Part shown: piece after piece, positions 19,952 to 29,650 of the stretch | How positions within the stretch are numbered: the stretch's first letter is position 1 | How the letters are laid out: every line of letters begins with the position of its first letter | Assembly: GCA_037200005.1 (NCBI GenBank) | Contig: JBBCGY010000001.1 | Span: 889,812 to 953,811, forward strand | DNA length: 64,000 bases | Direction of reading: 5' to 3' | Source of the DNA: Alphaproteobacteria bacterium | GTDB taxonomy: Bacteria; Pseudomonadota; Alphaproteobacteria; UBA9219; RFNS01 | The notes under the pieces: model-generated | The model's input: the letters and a program-made list of their open reading frames with translations, nothing else | Databases searched by the model: none | Told to the model about the DNA's origin: nothing | Translations under genes and position numbers: made by a program

Positions 19952-20355
19952 ATGAAGACGATTGCCGCCGCATTGGGTTCTTTCGTTATTGCGACAAACC
20001 AGCAATGGGATGCCTTGCCGTTAGGCGAGCGCAATGCCGTCACGTCTTCGGTTCGGGGCTTATTCCCTGAATCTTCCCGCCTTGTGGTTAAAAGGGACCA
20101 TGTTTCGGCGCAGTTTCTGAAGACTGGAGTAACCTTGGCTTATGATCTGGATAACGGCATCATGACAGCCTCCACGCCCTATGCATCGCAGATTACCGTG
20201 GTGGAGCCTATAACCGAGAGACAGTACGCGGCTTTGCAGCAAGGCCGGAGGCGAGGTCGTTACCGTCGATATCGAAGGCAGCAATCTTGTCTACAGCGCC
20301 CTGCGCTCCATTCTAACGCGGCCCCATATACGGGAAGCCCTGAGAAACGATCTAT
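19952..20355 (+). CDS. Hypothetical protein (about 135 aa) with a probable frameshift near 20240. Lower GC than its neighbours.
   Basis: Strong RBS AAGGAGacatagATG. The ORF 19952-20413 degenerates into Arg-rich text after ...QYAALQQ. The adjacent frame reads KAGGEVVTVDIEGSNLVYSALRSILTRPHIREALRNDL and stops at 20355. Confidence 0.35.
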
Positions 20356-20373
20356 AGCACGCCGAAAACGAGG

Positions 20374-20781
20374 TCAGAGATCCAAGCCGAGGAATTTCCT
20401 GACGTCGCCATAGGTCATGCCTATCTGCCGTGTAACGTCGGGCCGGTTCTCGCCCTCATGTGTTGCCTCGATAATGTTGAATTCGTTACCGGCGTGTGAA
20501 TATTCGACGCGGGTTTCATGGGTTTTCGGTATTATGTTATAAGGATTTGGCTCCATCCGTTGGCCATCGATGATAAAATATGCCACCGAGACAACGTCGC
20601 ACTTGAACCCGAGAATCTTTTCTCTCTCATGGCGGATAGGCTCGACCGTTGCGCCCCGAGCCGCCTTTGTAGCCAGTATCTCATTATACAAGGGTAGAAC
20701 TTTTGTCCGCAGCGCGCGCATCATCGCGCGCGCGTTTTTATATTGCTGCAATGTTTTGCCGGTTAATGGTTCCATCGTCAT
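20374..20781 (-). CDS. Hypothetical protein (135 aa). No recognisable domain.
   Basis: Balanced amino-acid composition. Convergent with the previous gene. Lies inside the otherwise conserved cox locus. Confidence 0.4.
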   Translation of the reverse strand: MTMEPLTGKTLQQYKNARAMMRALRTKVLPLYNEILATKAARGATVEPIRHEREKILGFKCDVVSVAYFIIDGQRMEPNPYNIIPKTHETRVEYSHAGNEFNIIEATHEGENRPDVTRQIGMTYGDVRKFLGLDL

Positions 20782-20889
20782 AAGCTCGCTTTATATATGT
20801 GATCTTCGAAAAGATATTAATGTGCGTTTCGGGTTGAAAGCAATTACAATCAGTTCTTTACCAGTTCTCCATGGTTAAACGGCGCGACG

Positions 20890-21237
20890 ATGACTGAAGC
20901 GGTTTCCATCAAAAATGTATTGTTTAGCCGCTGTCCCCGTTGCGGCAACGGCTCGCTGTTCGAGGGCTTTCTGAAGGTCAAGCCGTCATGCGACGAATGC
21001 GGCCTCGATTTCACCAAGGCGGATTCCGGCGACGGGGCGGCGGTGCTGCTTATCTTTCTTGTCGGCTTCCTGACCGTGCCGCCGATGGTCATTCTCGCGC
21101 TTCATGTCGACTGGCCGCTATGGGTTCATGCCATCCTGGCGAGCGTCGTGATCCTCGGCCTTGCGCTCGGCGCGATGCGCCCCGCCAAGGCGCTGATGAT
21201 CGCGTTGCAGTACCGGCACCGGCGGGAGACGTTTTAA
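20890..21237 (+). CDS. DUF983-family membrane protein with N-terminal Cys4 zinc ribbon
   Basis: [10 protein letters not shown]...CDECGLDF followed by two TM helices. Conserved partner of surf1 in alphaproteobacterial cox loci. Confidence 0.75.
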   Translation: MTEAVSIKNVLFSRCPRCGNGSLFEGFLKVKPSCDECGLDFTKADSGDGAAVLLIFLVGFLTVPPMVILALHVDWPLWVHAILASVVILGLALGAMRPAKALMIALQYRHRRETF

Positions 21238-22346
21238 TGAGGAAAGGAAGCGTTGATCGCGGCGATCCAGCTACATATATAAGTGCCAGCCACATTGCCA
21301 ACAGCATTTATACTGCTCTGTTCCGCAAAATTATATATTTTTTGAAGAATTCCAGGACTTTCTTTTTTGATGGTCATTAAGGCTTGCTTTATTTCAGCCT
21401 CATCACTTTTCTGTACTCCATTTCTAATTTTAGTTTCTATAATTTTTAAGGCAGTGCTGAGGGTATTGTTATGAGATTGGGTTAAGGACTCCACTACAAT
21501 TTTTAGTAATTCCAGTTCGGGGGTTGGCTTATCAAGAGCTATGGATAAGAGTGTAGTCATTTCTTGTAGTTGGCTTTGAAGACTTTTATTATGTGAGGCT
21601 AGGTGTTCGCTGTGGCGTTGCTCCACTTCTAAGAGCTCAGTCCGATTTTGAATCTGCATTTCGGCAATTCTTAACTGCTGTTTCATTTCTAAAACCTTTA
21701 TTTCGTTGCCAAGAAATGTTTCGGGAGTTATCTCTCCTTTGAGAACCAAATTATAGTTGTGCAATGTTTGTTCTACCTGCTCTTTTTCTCCATCAGGTGT
21801 TTCTATTACTAAAATGACTTTTAAGCCTTCTTGCTGAATGGAAACGCGTACATCTTTGTTGGCATATTTATCTCGAACGATACTGGAAAAATTTGATAGA
21901 ATGGTCATACCAGCAGCGTGATACTCTGGTGGAAATTCTATTGATCTGACAATCGATGAAAAACCTTCTTTTGTTAGCAATTCATGCCAATTTATATCGA
22001 CGCCCAATCCTTTAATAAATTCTTTGGCAAAGTCATTCCGAGCTTCGGCCCCTGGTTCGCATATGAGTGCTGCACATAGAACAGTGCATTCATCACACAC
22101 AAATACTGTGGGGCTTCCAGAGATAAGTTTACGAACTTCATGTTGGCTCTTTCCACAAAAGGAGCAGTAAACTATCTCGCTACGAATGCGAACAGTCTGG
22201 GCTTGATGGGCAGCTGCGTCCGCAATAGCGGACATCTGGCGGCCAGCGTCCGCCTGCATGTTTTTGAGTATTTCCGTCTGTCGATCTATCAGGTCTCTGA
22301 GAGCGGCTGCGCTTAATATAGGTGGAGATACCTGATCGTCAGACAT
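21234..22346 (-). CDS. ClpX-type C4 zinc-finger domain protein with AT-rich coiled-coil C-terminal region. Function unknown.
   Basis: [35 protein letters not shown] closely matches the ClpX N-terminal zinc-binding domain. No AAA+ module. The 3' two-thirds is about 35% GC in a roughly 60% GC context. Confidence 0.65.
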   Translation of the reverse strand: MSDDQVSPPILSAAALRDLIDRQTEILKNMQADAGRQMSAIADAAAHQAQTVRIRSEIVYCSFCGKSQHEVRKLISGSPTVFVCDECTVLCAALICEPGAEARNDFAKEFIKGLGVDINWHELLTKEGFSSIVRSIEFPPEYHAAGMTILSNFSSIVRDKYANKDVRVSIQQEGLKVILVIETPDGEKEQVEQTLHNYNLVLKGEITPETFLGNEIKVLEMKQQLRIAEMQIQNRTELLEVEQRHSEHLASHNKSLQSQLQEMTTLLSIALDKPTPELELLKIVVESLTQSHNNTLSTALKIIETKIRNGVQKSDEAEIKQALMTIKKESPGILQKIYNFAEQSSINAVGNVAGTYICSWIAAINASFPH

Positions 22347-22447
22347 GAATAATGCTCCAAATTATACGATACACAACGCCAATGCTTGCATTATCATTCC
22401 ATTTATTCAAGTAACAATATAAGTGCAAACTTCTCTAGGAGTTCCTT

Positions 22448-23167
22448 TTGCCCCAATACCGCATCTTCAACGGCACATTCACCCCGCGTCCCGGTCCGGC
22501 GCTGTTCACGATATTCGGCGTCGGCGTGCTGCTGGCGCTCGGCTGGTGGCAGCTCGACCGCATGGTCTGGAAGCATGATCTGATCGCAAGGATCGAGGCG
22601 GGCTTGAAGGCCGAGCCCGTCGCGCTGCCAGGCGCGATCCCCGATCCCAAGGCGCTCGATTATGTTCGCGTGCAGGTGACGGGGGTTATGCATCACGACA
22701 AGGAATTCCATCTCGCCGCGCGCGATAAATACGGGAGCTTCGGCTATAACATCCTGATTCCGCTTGAAACCGGCAGCGGATTTATTCTGCTCAATCGCGG
22801 TTTCGTGCCGTCGAAGAAAAAGCCGCCGGAAACCCGGCCCGAAGGACAGATTCAGGGCGCGGTGACGATCACCGGCATCGCGCGGGTTCCGGGCAAGCCG
22901 TCGATTTTCATGCCGGATAACCAGCCCGAAAAGAATTTCTGGCTGTTCATCGATTTCCCGAAAATGGCTGCTGTGGCCGGGATTAAGGCATTCATGCCGG
23001 TCGTGGTCGAAGCCGACGCGGCGCCCAATCCCGGCGGCTATCCGATAGGCGGGCAGACGCGGACGGATTTTCCCGATAATCATTTGGTCTATGCGATAAC
23101 CTGGTTTAGTCTGGCCGTGGCGCTGGCGGCGATATTCTTTCTCTCTCACTGGCGGCGCGAAGCATAA
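22448..23167 (+). CDS. surf1: SURF1-family cytochrome oxidase assembly protein
   Basis: N- and C-terminal TM helices. LVYAITWFSLAVAL. Position in the cox locus. Confidence 0.85.
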   Translation: MPQYRIFNGTFTPRPGPALFTIFGVGVLLALGWWQLDRMVWKHDLIARIEAGLKAEPVALPGAIPDPKALDYVRVQVTGVMHHDKEFHLAARDKYGSFGYNILIPLETGSGFILLNRGFVPSKKKPPETRPEGQIQGAVTITGIARVPGKPSIFMPDNQPEKNFWLFIDFPKMAAVAGIKAFMPVVVEADAAPNPGGYPIGGQTRTDFPDNHLVYAITWFSLAVALAAIFFLSHWRREA

Positions 23168-23208
23168 AGAGCGAGACGTGACGAAGTGGAATTGCTATTG
23201 CAGTTTAC

Positions 23209-23328
23209 GTCATTCCCGACGCCCCGCAGGGGCGAGCGGGAATCCCGTTTGGTTATTCTTGAAAAAAGAAAACGGGATTCCCGTTCACGTTATGCCCGCT
23301 TGGGCGGTCATAACGCGCCGGGAATGAC
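23209..23328. repeat. Nested inverted-repeat (stem-loop rich) element in the surf1-thrC intergenic region
   Basis: Outer IR GTCATTCCCG (23209-23218) / CGGGAATGAC (23319-23328). Inner 14-bp perfect IR CGGGAATCCCGTTT (23237-23250) / AAACGGGATTCCCG (23270-23283). Additional hairpins GCCCCgcaGGGGC and CGTTATGCCC...GGGCGGTCATAACG. Confidence 0.55.
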
Positions 23329-23367
23329 GGCTCTGTTTGAACTCATTAGGCTCTAAAGGGCACATAA

Positions 23368-24750
23368 TTGCGTTATCACAGCACACGCGGGCAAGCGCCG
23401 GAGCTTGATTTTCTGGACGCCGCGATGGCGGGCCTGGCGGCGGATGGCGGCCTTTATTTGCCCAAGGCATGGCCCAAAATCGCCGAAGCGGACATGGTTT
23501 CGTGGCGGGATCAGCCATACCGGAATATTGCCTTTAACGTCTTAAAGCCTCTGATCGGTGACGCTTTAACGAATGCGGAGTTGCAAGGCCTGATCGATCG
23601 CGCGCTCGCGTATTTCGCCCATCCCGATATTGCGCCCTTACGCCAATTAGACGAACGATTGTGGCTGCTCGAATTGTTTCACGGCCCGACGCTGGCATTC
23701 AAGGATATGGCGCTGCAATTCCTGGGACAATTGTTCGATTTCATGCTGGCGCGAAGCGGCAAGCGCGCGACGGTGATCGGCGCGACATCGGGTGACACCG
23801 GCTCGGCGGCGATGGCGGGCTGCGCCGGATGCAAGAATCTCGACGTTTTTATTCTCTATCCGCATAACCGGCCCAGCGAGATTCAGCGCCGCCAGATGAC
23901 AACCCACACCGCGCCGAATATTCACGCCATCGCCGTCGAAGGCAGCTTCGATGACTGCCAGGCGCTGGTGAAGGCGATCTTCAACGACCCCGCAGCGCGG
24001 GCGGCGTTCAATCCGATAGCGGTGAATTCGATCAACTGGGCGCGGATCGCGGCGCAGATCGTCTATTATTTCGTCGCGGCGATAAGGCTGGGCGCGCCGG
24101 CTGTCGCGCCGAGCTTCGTCGTGCCGACGGGCAATTTCGGCAATATCTTCGCCGGTTTCGCCGCGATGCAAATGGGACTGCCGGTTTCGCGGCTGGCGGC
24201 CGCGACCAACCGCAACGACGCGGTGCATCGCTTTTTCACCGAAGGGGAAATCATTCCCGCCGTCGTGCAGCCAAGCCTCAGCCCCAGCATGGATATTCAA
24301 GTCCCCAGCAATCTGGAGCGGTTGCTGTTCGCGCTGACGGATTATGACGGCGCGGCGACGCGCAAGATCATGGCCGCGGACCATCCGCGCCTGTCGCCGA
24401 TCATGCTTGGAAAGGCGCGGCAATATTTCACGTCGGCGCGGGTCGACGATGCCGAAACCTTGAAGGCCATGACGGATATTTATGGCGGAACCGGCTATTT
24501 GCTCGATCCCCACAGCGCGGTCGGAGTCGCCGCCGCGCGGCAGCTGGCGCGCGAACTGCCGGAGCCGGTCGTCTGCCTCGCCACCGCGCATCCGGCGAAA
24601 TTCCCGGAAGCCGCCGCCAGCGCCATTCACCATCCGCTCGATCCGCCGCCGGAGATCGCGGCGCTGTATGATCTGCCGGAGCGCATAACCATCTTGCCGT
24701 CCGACTACCGGCAAGTCACCGATTATATCAGGGAACACAGAACAGCATGA
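23368..24750 (+). CDS. thrC: Threonine synthase
   Basis: PLP-lysine motif FHGPTLAFKDMALQ. TTG start. 460 aa. Confidence 0.9.
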   Translation: MRYHSTRGQAPELDFLDAAMAGLAADGGLYLPKAWPKIAEADMVSWRDQPYRNIAFNVLKPLIGDALTNAELQGLIDRALAYFAHPDIAPLRQLDERLWLLELFHGPTLAFKDMALQFLGQLFDFMLARSGKRATVIGATSGDTGSAAMAGCAGCKNLDVFILYPHNRPSEIQRRQMTTHTAPNIHAIAVEGSFDDCQALVKAIFNDPAARAAFNPIAVNSINWARIAAQIVYYFVAAIRLGAPAVAPSFVVPTGNFGNIFAGFAAMQMGLPVSRLAAATNRNDAVHRFFTEGEIIPAVVQPSLSPSMDIQVPSNLERLLFALTDYDGAATRKIMAADHPRLSPIMLGKARQYFTSARVDDAETLKAMTDIYGGTGYLLDPHSAVGVAAARQLARELPEPVVCLATAHPAKFPEAAASAIHHPLDPPPEIAALYDLPERITILPSDYRQVTDYIREHRTA

Positions 24751-25244
24751 CGGTCCGGATTTCAAAACTCGCCAATGGTTTGACGGTGGCCACCGACACC
24801 ATGCCCGATTCCTACAGCGTCGCCTTCGGCGTGTGGGCGGGGGTTGGAACCCGCGACGAGCCGAAAGAGGCGCAAGGAGTCGCGCATCTGGTCGAGCATA
24901 TGCTGTTCAAGGGTACGAAACGGCGCAGCGCCATCGAAATTTCCGAGGCGATGGAGGGCGTGGGCGGCTACATGAACGCCTATACCTCGCGCGAAGAGAC
25001 GGCCTATCACGCGCGCATGCTGCCCGAGCATGTCGAGCGCGGCTGCGATATCATATCCGATATGCTGATGCATTCGGTGATCGATCCGGTCGAGCTTGAC
25101 CGCGAACGCGCGGTCATCATCCAGGAAATCGGCCAGTCTCTCGATGCCCCCGACGATCATATTTTCGATCTGATGCAGGAAACGGCTTTTCCGGGGCAGG
25201 CAATCGTGAAAGCGCCATTATATGACGACCAAAAGGAATCATAA
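24747..25244 (+). pseudogene. M16-family zinc peptidase truncated after about 155 aa. The 3' remainder is missing.
   Basis: HxxEH motif HLVEHMLFKG and the N-terminal M16 fold. Homology ends near 25207 (FPGQAI), about 270 aa short of full length. The region overlaps the end of a minus-strand island gene. Confidence 0.65.
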
Positions 25245-26201
25245 CCGAACCCCAGCCACGGATTATGACTCATCACCGCCTTGATGACGGCAGGCCAGAT
25301 GACTGTTCTGCCCGATAACGTGGCATCGCGCCCCATCATTGCGGTTGCCGATGCGAGTTCTGACGTATCGACCATGAACATCATCGGCACAATAACAACC
25401 AATATAATTACCCCCGATATATGATCCCACTCTGGTTCTTCTCATCAATTTCGTAAGATAAAAAATCCCTATCATCGACGTCAGCAAAAGCCATGCGCCG
25501 CGCGATAACGACCCAATGGCAAGAATGATTGATATAACGAACAGAAAAATCCCCATTCTGCGCGATGTTTCGGCATGCATCAGCAGGAGAGCGATCAATG
25601 TGCTGGCAACCATCGTGCTGCCCATTGTGTTCTTGTGGTTAAAATAGCCGCGAAATGCCGGATAATGCTTATCGTGATGGATGCCCTGCGCCGGGTCGAG
25701 AATGACCGCCAGCAAGGTCACTAGACAGACGGCAATCATGCAGTAGCCTAGAATCCTAAGGAATTGCGGCGACGAGTACCTGGTTACGAAATAGAAGGCC
25801 AGCATCGTACCGCCGAGCGCATTGATCGAACGCCTGAGCGTCACGGTCGGATCAATCGACCACACGACTGAAAGCACCGTCAGGACGCCGATCACCGCCA
25901 AAGGCCAGGCGGCCTTGATCACGGGAAGGCTTTTTCTCCATCTGATCACCAGATAAAGCAGCGCGTAAAAATAAATCGGCATAAGAATGATCTGGCGAAT
26001 TGGATTGACGATATCGCCCTGCCCTCTTTGAGCGATCAAAGGCGAGCCTACGTGCGAGTCTTCGTCACCGCCCGTGCCGTAGAAAAGCACGCCGCATGCG
26101 CCCGTAACCATAAGAATGGCGACCAAGATAAGCAAGAATTCGAGGCTGAAAATCCTCACCCGCTTATTCTTATTCAAGCTTTCACTATACTGCGTATCCA
26201 T
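25157..26201 (-). pseudogene. O-antigen ligase/Wzy_C-like polytopic membrane protein, frameshifted near 25400
   Basis: Multi-TM N-terminal part in ORF 25263-26201. Wzy_C-like C-terminal piece (GRTVIWPAVIKAVMSHNPWLGFGYDSFWSSY) in ORF 25157-25402 in another frame. Confidence 0.45.
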
Positions 26202-26204
26202 ATC

Positions 26205-27354
26205 TTACGCCTTCTCCAGAAATTCATGCAGCGCGCGCCACATCGGTTTGCGCCGCATATTATCATCAAGGGGCAGCCCCCGGATCCGTCGCCCTGTGGG
26301 ATTGCTCTTATTCCACTTCGCATTGGACAGCCAGCTATGGCGGTCGCTGAGACCCCAGGTCAAAATTTGTTTCGGCACGGCGACCGAAGAAATAATATCC
26401 AAGAATTCCTTCGTTTTAGCCGCGACCCGCTTATCGTTTTCTTCTTGCGTAGCGCGGGCGGAATCAAAAACGTCCAGCTCGGTAATGATGACTTCCAGGC
26501 CCAGACTCTTCGCTTCCTTGCAGAAATTCTCGAGAGGATCCAGCTTCGATCCGGTATGCATGTGAGCTTGCAGCCCCACCGCATGAATGGGAACGTTTTT
26601 GTCCTTAAGGCCGCGAAGCAGCTTCAAAGCCGCCTTGGCTTTAACAGACCCCGCCTCGATCTGGTAATCATTATAGACCAATTGCGCATCAGGATCCGCC
26701 TGCGCCGCCATCCGGAAAGCTTTTTCGACATATGAATCCCCCATGGCCTCCCGCCACGGCGTATCCCGCATCTGGTCTCCAAGCCACCATGCCTCACCGG
26801 GCTTGAGAGCTTCATTGACGACATCCCAGGATAAAAATTTTCCCTTATAGCGGGACATGACGGCGCCGATATGCTCTTCCATCAAAGCCTCGGCCTTGCT
26901 TTTATCGTCTTCCAGCGCCTTCTTGGCCCAAGCGGGCAAAGCCTCGTACCAGATCAGCGTATGCCCGCGCATTTTCATGCCATGGCTCTGCGCGTATTCA
27001 AGCAGCTTGTCGGTCGGGCCGAAATTCCATTTGTCACGCTCCGGATGAATTATATCCCATTTCGTGGCGCCCTCCGCGACGACGATGTTGCACTCCCCGC
27101 GCCACCGCATCGCTGAAATCCGCTTCATAATCTTTTCCGCCCTTGGATATATCCAGCCGCGCGGCATCGGTGGCGCAGCCGAAATAAATTCCCTTCTTGG
27201 CCGCCGTTTCACGCAGGGGCGGCAGGGATTCATAATCATATCCGGCCGCAGCGGTCTGCGCCGCCGCGAATTTCGGCAGCATCGCTCCAGCCGCGACCGC
27301 TGCGGAAAGCTCGATGAAGTCGCGCCTTGTCAAATCTCCGGTTCGATTTTTCAT
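26205..27354 (-). CDS. GH10 glycoside hydrolase (endo-beta-1,4-xylanase family) with Tat signal, frameshifted near 27100-27240
   Basis: Catalytic regions WDVVNEAL and ITELDV. The Tat leader and N-terminus (TRRDFIELSAAVAAGAMLPKFAAA) are in ORF 27034-27354 in another frame. Paralog of 30679-31818. Confidence 0.65.
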
Positions 27355-28517
27355 GCGGCCTCCTCTCTTTTCCTGGATGGAATGTACTTTTCCATGGCCT
27401 GCCTTAATTCAATATCCTCGACAAAGTCTTCCGGCGAGAAGTCGCTTTCCTTATAACGCCCGTATTTCCAGTTATCGGAAATAGGCTTGAAATGGCGATA
27501 GACATACTCCTTCGCGGGCAGGAATTTGCTCGGCTGGTTGGCGATGCTGTGCACCGTCCATGTATTAAGGGCCGCAGAGCATTTGCGAGGCACCGCGCAC
27601 CATTTGTTGGCGCATTTCGACGTGTCTTCTTTCTCAAAATAATAATAATGCGCATGGCGGCGCACGCCGCCCGTAATTTCGGCGGCGCTCGCATTGCTTA
27701 TCCAGACTCCGCCGAAATGCGTCACGCCGAAGATCGAAGCCTCGGCGCGCTCATAGACGGATTGCGGCGATTTCGAGACGATCAGCTCGTCGATGTCGCA
27801 GTTCAGTACGCTCCGCGCCTTTTGCAGGAACCTGAAACGGGCGTGCTGAAGAACGCCAATCTGGCAGAAAACGGAATCCCACGGCGCGATCTTCCCGCCG
27901 ACGCCGCCGGAAACTCCCCCCTGAGGCCCATATTTGAAGGGCCACGAAATCACCAGGATGAGAAGGCCGGGAAACGCCGACGAAAGCGCATCCTGCAGTT
28001 CGCCCGGCGAGTATTTGTCCGAATTGTTGTCGTAGAACAGGACCGCATCCGTTCCCTGGCTGTTCACGTAATATGTTATCCAGTCTATGATCCAATGGAT
28101 CTCATTGTTCTTGGATAGCGTCAGCAAGACGCGCTTGCCCGCGAACAGGCCGTTCCCGTCCGGCTGGACATCAATGTCGAAAGAGCCGAGATCGCCGCGA
28201 AGGGATATTTTCTTGTCGTCGCTCTTAATCCAAATATCGTTAGCCAGTTTTCGATCATAAATCCTGTTTTGGAAATTCAAGGCTCCCAGCTTGCTCGCAA
28301 AGTATGGATATCGCGTCAGGCGCTCTTTAAGGTTAAAAAGCGGCGGCCCCTGAAAAACAACGTATTTTCCTGACGCATACACGTCATAAAACAGCGTCTT
28401 CCAATCATATTGGCCTTCGTAATTTTCATTCCTTAGGCTTAATGGCCTTGGCGCATCCCTGGCAACAGGCACGTCGTCAGGAATCGTGCAAATGCTTAGC
28501 TTTATCGTATTGGGCAT
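27351..28517 (-). CDS. Hypothetical protein with DxD-like motif (NCDIDELIV). Possible glycosyltransferase. About 45% GC.
   Basis: 388 aa, no TM segment, AT-rich codon usage unlike its neighbours. Sits within the polysaccharide gene cluster. Confidence 0.35.
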   Translation of the reverse strand: MPNTIKLSICTIPDDVPVARDAPRPLSLRNENYEGQYDWKTLFYDVYASGKYVVFQGPPLFNLKERLTRYPYFASKLGALNFQNRIYDRKLANDIWIKSDDKKISLRGDLGSFDIDVQPDGNGLFAGKRVLLTLSKNNEIHWIIDWITYYVNSQGTDAVLFYDNNSDKYSPGELQDALSSAFPGLLILVISWPFKYGPQGGVSGGVGGKIAPWDSVFCQIGVLQHARFRFLQKARSVLNCDIDELIVSKSPQSVYERAEASIFGVTHFGGVWISNASAAEITGGVRRHAHYYYFEKEDTSKCANKWCAVPRKCSAALNTWTVHSIANQPSKFLPAKEYVYRHFKPISDNWKYGRYKESDFSPEDFVEDIELRQAMEKYIPSRKREEAA

Positions 28518-28627
28518 AAACTTCTCCTGACGAGCCGGCCATTTATAATACTTCTCTGTAATTCCAATGCCTTTATACCCGGATTTATTACTTTCAACAT
28601 ATTGTTTTATCTACCTATAGGGCGGTT

Positions 28628-29650
28628 TTATGGCAAAAAAACCAGTCTTTGTAAATTATAGCGAGTCAGACCCTTATAGATCAGAACCGGGATGCCTATG
28701 CCCGCAACCATGCCGCTCAATAAATGAATGCCCGGCGAGACGATGCCCACTTTCAGCAGCATAACCCGCCATGCCGCCAGGAAGATGATATGCATGACGA
28801 AAACGATGAGGGAAACCTTGCCCAATGCCGCCAAAGCCCTGCCGATGGGGAACTTGCTTAACCACTGGCTCGCCAAAAACACCAAAAACATCGCGGCAAA
28901 GGTCGCCGGCAGGACGATAATGCTGAAATACGGCACATGCTCTGAAATGCCCAGGGTCAGAAATGCCGCAAAAAGCATGGGAGAAAGCGCTCCCGCGATC
29001 ACGCATCGCCTGTGGGTCACGATCGCCTGAGGCCAGGATTTAGAGGCGGCATAGGCCCCCAGGAAGTAAAATACCCCGAAATCCGCGAGGCTCGCATATT
29101 CGGCGGAATCGATGTTCGCGGCCTCGGGATACGGTTCCACCGCCAGATGCCGGGCCAGATAAAGCCCGATGGCGATGATGAAGGCGAGGCCATACCGATC
29201 CTTCAAGGCCGCGGCGACAAGATGAAAAATCAGCAAGGCATACAGAAACCAGAACTGGGCGACGGGAATGTAAAACGGGGTCAACAAAGCTTCGATGCCG
29301 ATGGGATTATTGACCTGCTTGGACATCACGACCTTAAGGCCGACCTGAAGAATGGCCCAAAAGAAATACATCGGCACCAGCAGCTTGGTGCGGCGCCACG
29401 CGGAAATCCTGGCCGACGACCGGCTCAGGCTGCCATGCACATTATATCCCGCCAGCAAAAGGAATAGCGGCATATGCCAAAGATAAAATGAATAATCGAC
29501 GACCTCCCAAAGACTGTCAGCGGAAGAAATCCCCGCATTGACTAGCCCGCGCCAGACATGGCTATAGACCACGGCGGTGATGCCAATGCCTTTGGCGATA
29601 TCCTGAGCAGCGCTTCGGTCAATGAATTTTTGCTGATTTGTTCCGGTCAC
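28628..29650 (-). CDS. Acyltransferase family 3 (OafA/OpgC-like) integral membrane O-acyltransferase
   Basis: About 10 TM helices and the N-terminal AT3 conserved segment (ITAVVYSHV...WHMPLFLLLAGY). Confidence 0.75.
   Translation of the reverse strand: MTGTNQQKFIDRSAAQDIAKGIGITAVVYSHVWRGLVNAGISSADSLWEVVDYSFYLWHMPLFLLLAGYNVHGSLSRSSARISAWRRTKLLVPMYFFWAILQVGLKVVMSKQVNNPIGIEALLTPFYIPVAQFWFLYALLIFHLVAAALKDRYGLAFIIAIGLYLARHLAVEPYPEAANIDSAEYASLADFGVFYFLGAYAASKSWPQAIVTHRRCVIAGALSPMLFAAFLTLGISEHVPYFSIIVLPATFAAMFLVFLASQWLSKFPIGRALAALGKVSLIVFVMHIIFLAAWRVMLLKVGIVSPGIHLLSGMVAGIGIPVLIYKGLTRYNLQRLVFLP

Noticed and set aside
22403-23149. 248-aa minus-strand ORF overlapping surf1
   Set aside because: Antisense to the conserved SURF1 gene. 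No motifs.
25200-25260. Possible att-like direct repeat of the tRNA-Val 3' end (cgaacccc) at the M16/island junction
   Set aside because: Only an 8-nt match. Too short to distinguish from chance.
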